DNA from: Trichoplax adhaerens
Lineage: Eukaryota; Animalia; Placozoa
Length of the DNA: 64,000 bases
Direction: 5' to 3'
NCBI RefSeq assembly: GCF_000150275.1
Contig: NW_002060944.1
Span: forward strand, 6,671,102-6,735,101
Below the pieces are notes generated by a model. That model had not been told where the DNA came from. It saw nothing but the letters and a program-made list of their open reading frames with translations, and made no database searches. Shown in pieces: positions 1 through 10,775 of this stretch (its first letter is position 1; every line of letters starts with the position of its first letter). The position numbers and the translations under genes are program-made.

Positions 1-955
1 GGTAATAATTTAATAACTATAGTAACTGTTTACTTTGTATAATGTACATCCACAAGTGGCAGTAAATTAAGTGAAAATGATGGGTTGTAACAATCCTGGT
101 ACGATATATGTCAGTGATACGTCCAGGCTGATTTATAGCCAATTTGTATGTTTTAATGCGCTGTATTAGCATGATACTGTATATGTATACTGTAAACTTG
201 TAACTTATTGTGATTTATTGTATGCTCTTCAGTAAATGAAGCCATGAATTATAGCACTTGTTGAATTCTTTATCGTCATCCCTGCCTGTCATCATACAGT
301 ACAGTAGTTGCACATTGATAATTTATTCATTGGAAATGATAAGTTCTAGTATCGTAGGAATTATTGAATTATTGCAATCTATTTCGATATGATATATCAT
401 CTTTAGCTGACACGACGTGCTGTATCTGTATACTGCTCAACTGCTATACTACTCAAACAGTGGTTTCTTGCTCACTTTTAACTCCACTCCAGTTCATCAA
501 AAGGTACGCTGGGGCAGTATTTTGTTCAGTAGTCGGCTCTATATTACTTTCAATTACACTGCTATTATACTATTTTTTATTTTGTATTAGTTATTGCAAC
601 CTTAGAACATTCATATAGCCCTTCATGACGAGCATCACTGCCTATTAATTAATGTTGTAAATCTAGGCGTAGTTGGTAATGTGCAATAAGTTGAAAATCC
701 CTGCAATCCTGTACGACTGGCCTTTTCCAGGTCTTGATGGATAGTAATGAAAAACATGATTCTGTTGATTTTAAGATTAACTCGAACTATTTTCCCCCTA
801 GCAACGGTTAAAGTGTACCAATAAATCGTTAGTAGACAATATTTTTAAATTGTACTGTACCAATTTTAACGCAAAACTTTGAGATTCCATTGCAATTTCC
901 CAGGAAAATTCTTCTTCTTCCAGAAAATTATGGACGTGCTCCTTTGATCATTGGC

Positions 956-1137
956 TGACGGAAGTCTACGTTACTGGGTGTACGATACTGTATTAAGTAG
1001 ACGCGTCGTAGCTGTGTGTAAAATGTATGTCGCAAGTTAAGCTTTTGTTGACACGGTGTCACCGATTTTTATACGACATGTATTTTACACATGTTGTCAG
1101 CTCGCGTACGAATGAAATGCCGTAGACTGAACCGTCC
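956..1137 (+). ncRNA. Candidate long hairpin RNA or palindromic element
   Basis: Nested inverted repeats centred on 1055: GACGG 957-961/CCGTC 1132-1136; AGTCTACG 963-970/CGTAGACT 1121-1128; ACGCG and AGCTG 1001-1014/CAGCTCGCGT 1098-1107; TGTGTAAAATGTATGTCG 1015-1032/CGACATGTATTTTACACA 1074-1091 (two G-U pairs on +); TGACAC/GTGTCA 1049-1061. Family not identified. Confidence 0.4.
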
Positions 1138-1261
1138 AGCAGGTGTACTACGTTGTAGCATCGTATCTAGACTCGAGTGACCCTTGTCAGCTTGACTTGC
1201 CAAGCAAAACCTTGAGAAAATAACTCGCAATGAATGTACACCAATGGCAGTGTTATAGGCA

Positions 1262-1921
1262 GTCTCGACAGAACGTCTCTAATTAAAAATTAACTATTTT
1301 TTCTTTGCCTATTCCTAGCAACTGGTATTTACAGTTTGGACCCTAATATTACTTTGCAAGTCTCAACAGAACATCTTGAACTATTTTCTCTTTGCTTTGC
1401 TGTATTCATAGCAACTGGTATTTACAGTTTGGACTCTAATATTACTTTGCAAGTCTCAACAGAACATCTTGAACTATTTTCTCTTTGCTTTGCTGTATTC
1501 GTAGCAACTGGTATTTTACAGATTGGACTCTAATATTACTTTGCAAGTCTCAACAGAACATCTTGAACTATTTTCTCTTTGCTTTGCTGTATTCGTAGCA
1601 ACTGGTATTTTACAGATTGGACTCTAATATTACTTTGCAAGTCTCAACAGAACATCTTGAACTATTTTCTCTTTGCCTTGCTGTATTCATAGCAACTGGT
1701 ATTTTACAGAAGTCTCAACAGAATATCTTAAACTAAAAATACAGTCAATATTTTTTTCTTTGCCTTACTGTATTCATAGCAACTGGTATTGACAGATTGG
1801 ACTCTAATATTACCGTGCAAGTCTCAACAGAATATCTTGAACTAATATATTTTTTCTTTGCCTTGCTGTATTCATAGCAACTGGTATTTACAAATTGAAC
1901 TAATATTACTTTGCAAGTCTC
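1262..1921. repeat. Tandem repeat of about 7 units of ~93 bp
   Basis: Unit GTCTCAACAGAACATCTTGAACTATTTTCTCTTTGCTTTGCTGTATTCATAGCAACTGGTATTTACAGTTTGGACTCTAATATTACTTTGCAA starts at 1262, 1360, 1453, 1547, 1641, 1712 and 1821. Inner units are near-identical; outer units are diverged with indels. Confidence 0.95.
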
Positions 1922-2488
1922 GCCATCGGATGCATGATGTAAGTTACTGTATACCAGATTAATAATAATATAATTAATTTATTTGCTGTGATATTATTTG
2001 TCGATTTCCATTGTCATGTAAAGATTGGTATATTTTCGGCATGCTGCAATACAATTTAGCTTACTCGCTTCTTCATGACCATATCAATAGTGATAAGTAC
2101 TTAATGACCTACATGTACTGTACTGTACTGTACGTATAATGTGTTAATAAATGTGCTTCGTTCTACCATCTACGGTCATTGATTGCTTTTAGTGAATCCC
2201 ATATGATCTTCATCAACGTTGCATTTCCATTTATGGTAGTGTCTACACTGTACACGATGTTATGGTTAAAATTTAGCAACAGTATAAATTCAAGGCTGCG
2301 CTATTATTTGCTCCAAGTGTAAATATTATATCCTATACACCACTGAAAGTGGAACGAAAATGAATCGGCCTGAGGCAGTAAAATATCATAGTAGTACACT
2401 GTAGTATAGCAAAAAATGAGAAGAACAAACCGAAATTTTTTTGGATTTTCGCGCACACGCCTAACAGTACAGTACAGTGTACAGTGCA

Positions 2489-2947
2489 NNNNNNNNNNNN
2501 NNNNNNNNNNNNNNNNNNNNNNNNNNNNNNNNNNNNNNNNNNNNNNNNNNNNNNNNNNNNNNNNNNNNNNNNNNNNNNNNNNNNNNNNNNNNNNNNNNNN
2601 NNNNNNNNNNNNNNNNNNNNNNNNNNNNNNNNNNNNNNNNNNNNNNNNNNNNNNNNNNNNNNNNNNNNNNNNNNNNNNNNNNNNNNNNNNNNNNNNNNNN
2701 NNNNNNNNNNNNNNNNNNNNNNNNNNNNNNNNNNNNNNNNNNNNNNNNNNNNNNNNNNNNNNNNNNNNNNNNNNNNNNNNNNNNNNNNNNNNNNNNNNNN
2801 NNNNNNNNNNNNNNNNNNNNNNNNNNNNNNNNNNNNNNNNNNNNNNNNNNNNNNNNNNNNNNNNNNNNNNNNNNNNNNNNNNNNNNNNNNNNNNNNNNNN
2901 NNNNNNNNNNNNNNNNNNNNNNNNNNNNNNNNNNNNNNNNNNNNNNN
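2489..2947. other. Assembly gap
   Basis: Run of N, flanked on the left by an ACAGT tract. Confidence 1.
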
Positions 2948-3598
2948 CCTTATACCTAGTAGTGCAATAGATTAATCTCAAACAGATTGCTATAAGAAGA
3001 TAATCATTTTAAGTGATTATCAATGTAGTACAGTAGTTAGCTGTTGAGTTGTAAACATTTACAAACGAGAAATATCAGATTTAAGATTAATTTCACATAA
3101 ATTAGTAAAGAGAATACAAACATTTGACATGCCTCAATTATTCTAGAACAGTGATTTTACTACCTATTCAGATTTTAAAAATTAGTTTCATTACTACTTT
3201 TTATTATATCATTAGAACGATAGGTCATTTTTAAGCAATGCCGTAATAATACAGCAGCGATTAAATACATGTCAATAGTACAGTAGCAACGTTCATAACT
3301 TAATGGCTTACGTACTAAAATGATCAGCTTAGTTATCGTTACCTGCAGTACATCATCCTACATCCACAATTGCCTAGTAATGTTTTATACGTTGCATTTA
3401 CAATGTACTACGATATAATAATTTTTACTATACAATAGTGTTCATTAATGCTATTCATCACATTAAAACTTTTCTGAATAATTTTAATTGGTTGAGACCC
3501 AGATAAGATTAATCAATCCCTTATACTGGATTCAGGATATTTTCATATTTAGTCACGATTCTAATTTTAATTCCAATACAGAGTGAATATCGCAGCCC

Positions 3599-6500
3599 AT
3601 GATGGTGCTTATTCAGTTATTTCAAGGCTTAAATGGCCAACAGAATGGGAATCACGTTGTGATACAAGATTGTTCTGATCCTTATACTTATCCACTGCCG
3701 TATACCAATAGCTGTGAATTCGTTCTTGCACGTTGTGGCTCGGTTCCTGCTCTTTTTAATTATTTGCAATTCGTGTTTTGTGATATGGAACATCAACAGG
3801 TAATGCTACAGTATATACGGTATAACTCAATTTTACATAGTCGTATTTGTGTACGCTTATATCTGAATATAGCATCCCAACATGTTACTTGTCCTAAAGC
3901 TTAAGCTCATAAAACTTGTGCTAATCGTCTTTACGTTTTGTCATTGATCGCTGATAGATTTTGGCGTACATAATACTAAGCTTTTGGCTCCTCTTACTCA
4001 TCTCTCTGATGGCAACAACGGTAATGCAGTATCTTTATTCGTTTGATTCCAGAATTTTACCTTGCTTAGCTGTTGCTATACTATCTACCTAGTTCCTTTG
4101 ATACTATACATGGAATGCTAACTTACTGCCTACCGTAGTTTTTATTACGCTAGGTATGAAAATTAGTATGTAATACAGTGTACAACACCAGCAATGAAAA
4201 TCGTAAAAATTAATCACGAAATTCTAAACAATTAAATGATAGCTATTTTCTGCCATTGTACTATAAATAGTATATATAGACTCAATAATCATAACACTCT
4301 TTTAAAAGTTGCAGTCAATCTCTGTGTGAAAGTTACCACAGAAAGAATTTATCCATCAAAATAAATTCTAGAAAGAATTTATCCATCAAAATAAATTCTA
4401 TCTACCGATTACTAGTAATTATAATTCAGTAACACATGTCATATGACTGAATAAGTTAACAAATGCTATCCTTTGTCAACTACTAATATTAGGCCGATAA
4501 CTACTTTGTTCCTCCTTTGAACTTCCTGTCAGAAAAAGTAAGCTAAATTGAAACAAATATATAAATTTATTTATTTTTGCTGTGCAATTGATCACATTGA
4601 ATAGTTCCCAGTCCTAACTTTTCAACAATCCCAGCTATTGTATGACTAAAAATTGTTTCGAGTTATGAAGATACCTGACGTAACTATAGTGTAACAGTAC
4701 AATAAATTTAGAGCAATATTTTGATATCCTACTATTACGTTATGAACTGGTTCTCAATTCGAGATGGTTATTTCGTAAATAAAACAAATACCGTACTAAC
4801 GGAACAATTACCAAATATTTTTTTTAATGTTTATTATTTATTAATGTAAATAGCTGAAATTATCTCCAAGCATAGCGGGAATAACTTTGTTAGCTATTGG
4901 AAATGGTAAGTAAAGAATAATAGATATTGTTAATGTAGGATAACTCCTGGATTTTGTATCGGTCTTTCTGCAGGCTTTCAACGAGTTACTAATTTGCTAA
5001 AATTAAACCATGTATTGTATTTGAGAACGTTACCAAGGTATAAAAATTTTTATCTTGACTAGGCGCTCCTGATGTATTTACTGCATATGCAGCAATAAGA
5101 AAAGCGCACGATTTTCCTCTGGAATTAGGGTTAGAATCCGTATGACCATTACATTACATAGACAAATTTAATTCAATGTTGTGAGATTCATCTCTCTCCG
5201 AAATATAACACAAAAAGAATAAATTTTAGTCGATATTATGACTTTTGAGACAACACTGATAACTACTTTCCAAATTGTAGAGCTTTACTTGGGGCTTCAA
5301 TATTTATATCAACAGTCGTACTTGGGTAAGTATTCACAAACTTTGGCTAATTTTTCAAATATACATAAATATCACGAAAATGCAATACTTTAAAACTAAC
5401 GATCCTGCTGATGATCCGCAATTTATGTTTATGCAATTAGCATTGTGTAGTTGCATCATTAGTGGTATCATGAATAGTAATCTTGATATTGAATAAAATT
5501 AAGTAAAACTGTGAATTACTGCATCTAGAGCTGTGATTATGGTATCGCGTGTGGAAAGAAGTACTATAAGTAAGATTACTTATTAAATAGCTTAATAAGC
5601 TTATAGACGATACAAATTTCGATTAATAGGCGTTGCTACTTTATTAACTAGATCCCGTAGATTTTTTTCGCGATGTCATTGCTTATATGATCGTAGTATT
5701 GGCTGTTATTATTGCGTGTCTGGACGGTGCGGTATGTGAATATGTGATAAAGTGCGTTTTTAATTTTTATTGCAATTTCATCTGACTCGGCATTTTATTT
5801 TATAGATTTATATATACGAATCTGTTATAATTCTACTACTCTACATTTTATATATAATAGTAGTTGTGATAATTTCGAAGAAAAAGGTAAGAAAATTTAT
5901 CGTTAAACATCTTATTATATTTGAATCGTCATGGACCAAATAATTTTATAACTATATATATTGTTAGATTGCTTGTAGAGCAGAACCCGGTTTAAACGAA
6001 CGCTCTCCATTATTGCAATCAGGTATGCTAATCGTATTATTTTTACATATTTGTTCAATTGAAAATCTATTTCCTAGTTTTCTGTAATAAATTTATAAAT
6101 ACGTACTACCAATTTAGGTCCAGATAGCTACAGCGAGGATGATGATATTGTATATTTAGACGATAATCTTACTACGAATTTACCCGGACTATCATGGGTA
6201 TCACTGACAAATTCTATTTTATACCAAAATCTCTCGTCATTCTATGCTTTATTAAACCTGTCATAAAAATAATTATTACAGCCAAGCAAATCGCACTTCC
6301 TCGTTAAAATTCAATGGCTATTCGAATGGCCATTTTCTTTATTAAGATGGATGTCAATTCCCGTAGCTGTTAGTTCTTAATTTCTATTTAAATTTTTCAA
6401 ACAAGTTTTTCAAAGGAATTAAATGATTAACAGTAAATTAATTCATATTACAATCATTCACCATTTAGGATGGTAAATGGGACCCTTGGAGACGTTTCTT

Positions 6501-7942
6501 TGTAATCATTTCACCTGCACCAATGGCATATGTTATATTATTAGCTGCAAAAGGTTTTGAAGGATTTACCCTACCTGTAGGGCATCTACCTCTATGGATA
6601 TTTATACTCATATTGGGTATGTTTATAGGCGTATACAGCTATTACACTACAGCAGCTACTAATTCATGTGTTGGTTATAACAATGCATATGTGTCAATAC
6701 AGGTGCTGGAGCTTCTGTCATTCTATGGATTACCACTTCATCTCGTCATCCGCCACCAAGCTGGTTCCAGTTTGTTCTGATGTTACTTGCCTTTGCGATG
6801 TCCATTGTCTGGTTGCAATTACTTCCGAATGAAGTTGTGGCTGTAACCGAATCGTTAGGATACACTTTTAACATAAAAACAGGTCTGAAATGTGCCCATG
6901 AAAATTATGTAATTATTTTGTTAAGTGTCCGTACCAATATGCAATCGTGACATACATATAATGTTTACTGTGTCTTGTTTGGTATTGTGTAGTGATTTTG
7001 GGATTTACAGTACTAGCAATTGGTAATTCCTTGGGTGATTTAGTAGCGGATACAGCAGTTGCAAGAGCTGGAAAGCCTGCTACTGGCGTTGCTTCTTGTT
7101 TCGGTTCACCGCTATTAAATGACGTTCTAGGTCTTGGTATTTCATTAACGGTACGTAGTCATTTTGATACTTATAGTTTGATATTACCAGGCACTATTGC
7201 GAAATAGTAATCCTAGATGAAGCAGGTATTTTTTGATTCTGTATATTTGTATTATTAGGCTTACTGCATCCAGAACTATCCTCATCCGTTAGTATTTGAT
7301 ATAAATTCGGAGGATTTTGTAAAGGTAACCATTCTACCTTTTATATGTAATAATCCCATGAATTAACATTAATGTTATGATTGATAGGTCAAGTTATCAT
7401 GGATTTTTCTTGGAATAAGCTTATGTGGGAGTGCAGTAGTATTTCCATTCTTTAAATATTCACCTCCAAAGTAAGTACGAAAAGGTTAATGTTGCTTAAA
7501 AATGCTAATATGCTTACATCATAAAAGCAAACCAAGATTTAGATAGTAATATGCGCATATACGCGTAGTTACTTTAATTATAATCACATCAATATTCTTA
7601 ATGTGTAAGAATATCTAGCATTTATTATATTATCGTAAAATATATACTATATATTTATAAATTACTTAAATAGCATAAGAGATGATTGCTAACAGTCAGG
7701 AACCTTGAATAACACAAAATTAGCAAGAAAACATGAGATTAATTTAAATATGGTCACTCTCTGGATCTTTTCCAGTAATAATTCTATCTATTATTGATAA
7801 TGTCCCTTCGGGGATTTCTAATGCTTATTTACTACCTTTCAATGATTTTAGGGCTTACGGAATTATTCTCATCTATTTTTACATTGTCTTCGTAACATTC
7901 TCAATTCTGAATGCGGTGGGAGTTTTACCGCTTCATTTTTAA
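3599..7942 (+). CDS. SLC8B1: Cation/Ca2+ exchanger, CCX/NCLX (SLC8B1/SLC24A6) family; about 18 exons; start codon uncertain
   Basis: GT-AG splicing gives a continuous frame: ...LMATT|ADNYFVPPLNFLSEK|LKLSPSIAGITLLAIGNG|APDVFT (alpha-1 GNGAPD) ... FFRDVIAY ... NEVVAVTESLG ... ILGFTVLAIGNSLGDLVADTAVARAGKP..SCFGSPLLN (alpha-2 GNSxGD) ... GVLPLHF*. Exons approx 3599-3799, 3958-4020, 4493-4537, 4854-4905, 5063-5129, 5281-5325, 5529-5569, 5652-5731, 5806-5886, 5968-6022, 6118-6197, 6282-6368, 6469-6616, 6703-6882, 6993-7150, 7259-7324, 7388-7470, 7852-7942. Confidence 0.9.
4340..4399. repeat. Exact 30-bp tandem duplication in an intron
   Basis: AGAAAGAATTTATCCATCAAAATAAATTCT x2; each unit holds a 9-bp inverted repeat AGAATTTAT/ATAAATTCT. 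Confidence 0.95.
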
Positions 7943-10775
7943 TATACTGTACTTGTAATCCGGAATCTTTATCACAAACTGTGAAAAAAATGACGCTCAT
8001 GATAAATCATGTTATATATCTATGAAAGTAGTGTTTTAAGGTCATAATTTTTCATAAATCTTTCTATTCTATGAAAATCATGTTACAGAAATTGATATGC
8101 CGAAGAACTTAATATGTACTACAAAAGAGAATGTAAATAATCAATTCTGAATTATGATTTCCATCCATATTTGTTTTTGCACTATTTCACATTTGCGCAT
8201 TCTAATTATTGGCGCCTAGTAGCATCGGACATGTGCAAAGTGTTTAGTAGTTATGAGCAGTTAAATTTAGTTCCAATAGCTCTTCCTGCAAAACCATTTA
8301 CTACGAGATTCTGTTTATCATCTTGTCAATTTTAGTTTTTACTAGAACATTGTTTGATTCGGAATAATTTTCAATCTTAAACATGTAGATAAAAATTTTA
8401 AGGTAATTTTCGCCTTCCTGTGAGATGTGACAATATTATTTTTACGCGTAATAGCACAATCTTTATAACTAGGGGTAGATTTACCGTAAAAGAAATGGTA
8501 CTAATGTATTACAATGTAATGATAGATAAAGTTTATCTTGAATCTATTGATAGAGTTAAGTATTGTGAACCAATATGTAACATTTAAATTTAATGTTACT
8601 TCTAACAAAAATATGTTTCTAAATATGAAAATATATAAATTGTTGCGATTGCTTGGAAAATTATTAACAGTAATTTTATGCAAGGTTCTATTTCTTATAA
8701 AGTACAAAAGGTAATAAGATAAAGTCCACGATCGAATTATAGAATAAATTCGTGAAAATTGTCTATTAATTGAAATAGAGTAACCAATTATAATTTGTAA
8801 TAAATAAATATCACATGATTTATGTCCACTTTAAGCTCCAAGAATCGATACAGCAGATCGAAAATTAAAAGATACTTTTCAGTCATTTTTTACAGTTTTT
8901 GCGACTAACAAAACAAAATAGAGCTACATGGACATGCTCTTGATTAGAATAGCAGCAACTTTATTTGCGTATCAAAACCTCTGCTTATAGAATTAGCGAG
9001 GTAATCTCTCAACTTCATACTGGACTCTTCCAAATTTATTACAATCATGATATCATAGTAATAATATACTGTATTCATTTAGAGGATTTTTCCTCTACAA
9101 CAGTGTTAAAGTAAATACGTAATATGCTACTGCCATGCTTCTCTTTTTTACATAGTGGCCCCTGATACTACAGTATATATATATATATATATATGTACGT
9201 TGGATTATATTATGAGAAAGGTGCTGCGGAAAATCTTTGTTACTATATTTTCATATCGTACTCTGATTATTTATCCTGTAAGGTGTACCTAGCTCTAAAA
9301 AATACTTCTAGTAACTCAAGCTTAATAACTAAAGGAAGGCTTTCGAATGATAATGCCGATTTCGTGCAATATTAATATAGCCTATGTATAGCAAATAATC
9401 TACAGTCTTCATTGAATATGAAATTCTGGCGGTTAAATTATTCATGCAATCATCACTGCTAAATCTCCGTATCATCGATACTGACATAATTTACAGAATG
9501 GTTTTCTCGGCAATATAAAAAATGATATCATACTGTTGTTGGTGTATACTATAGGATCAAATTCCGTCGTCGGTAGAAATTTGGGAAGGCTGATGTTATA
9601 TTGTCTGCAGTGATAGCTCTCTGCAATGCAGTAAATATACAGTTTTATATAGATTCTATCATCAAGATGTCGCACTTACAATGATCTAGAGAAGAAAAGC
9701 CGAAATACAATAATATAGAAATATTAATCACTGTATTGAACAAATGCTTATCCTTTATTGATTAACATTTTAACTGACAGGTACAAAGTACAGAGTTAAA
9801 TGCATAAAGAATAAACAAATAACTCATTAATGCTAATTTCGATCAGGTTAGGTACTAAATACTGTAAGTGATCACTTGAAGTGTACAATCGTTATTCTAC
9901 ATTGGTTGAATGTCAATAATTAAGTTGAAAGAAGTTATTAGACTAAAAAATTAATATAAACTATTACGATATGAAGAACTTAAATTTTAAAACGAACGAT
10001 GAAAAAACAAATTTAGAATTTCTCTATATAATGATTAATCAGCATCATAGTTATTTCAGTAAATAAGATCAAATAAATTAATGCATTGAATAATCATCGA
10101 TAGAATATTATTATAATAAATTACGATATTGCAAAGGTACGATCATAAATTATTTATATAACTTAATACATCGATATGAGTTAAGATCAAATATTGTAAT
10201 CACATTTTAGATACTACCCGGCTTCAGGTATGGTCAGAATTACCAAATAAAACACTATCTTGTATTACATCAAATTTTAAAATTGATGTACGGTAAACGG
10301 CTATTGATTATTAATCTCTAAAGCTAATGTATATCAATTTCACATGGAATATTAACTATTTGCTTCACTAAATTGAATTCATTATCGACTTTAGTTAGTG
10401 AAATTATGACGATATGGTAGTTTCTATGAAGTTAAAGAATTTGTAAAAAAAAGAATACTTGTATGTTTCATTTAAAATTTACGCAGTAAATACCAGATCA
10501 AGTTTTAAAAGGAGTATAACAGTAATATCTATGAATTTATCCTAATTCTTTTCTCATTCCATATTTGGCTAAAGATATTTAACTTTATAAATTGCATCCA
10601 TAATATCAGTAGAAGTTAAGATCACTTGTATTTAAATATTAGCATCTTTATGGCTAAATTACGGCTATAGCAATGTTTTGACTTTTCAAACTAGGAAAGA
10701 TATATTCGAAATCAATAAAACAGATATGCATTCCGTAAAAGAATATTTTTGGAATTCAGTGTGAAATACCGTTGG

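Noticed and set aside
931-1170. 7SK or RNase P/MRP identity for the hairpin (GGACGTG..GATC..GGCTG start; GGAAGTCT..AGACT)
   Set aside because: No second GATC and no oligo-T terminator for 7SK. For RNase P/MRP, the would-be P4 helix is nested rather than pseudoknotted and lacks the bulge. Left unassigned.
1262-1921. CRISPR-like array, and ORF 1336-1533
   Set aside because: Whole units repeat with no unique spacers, there are no cas genes and the context is eukaryotic; 94-bp units break the reading frame.
2304-2981. Long ORFs spanning the gap, and likewise 46959-47177 and 61254-61619
   Set aside because: Artefacts of translating N runs.
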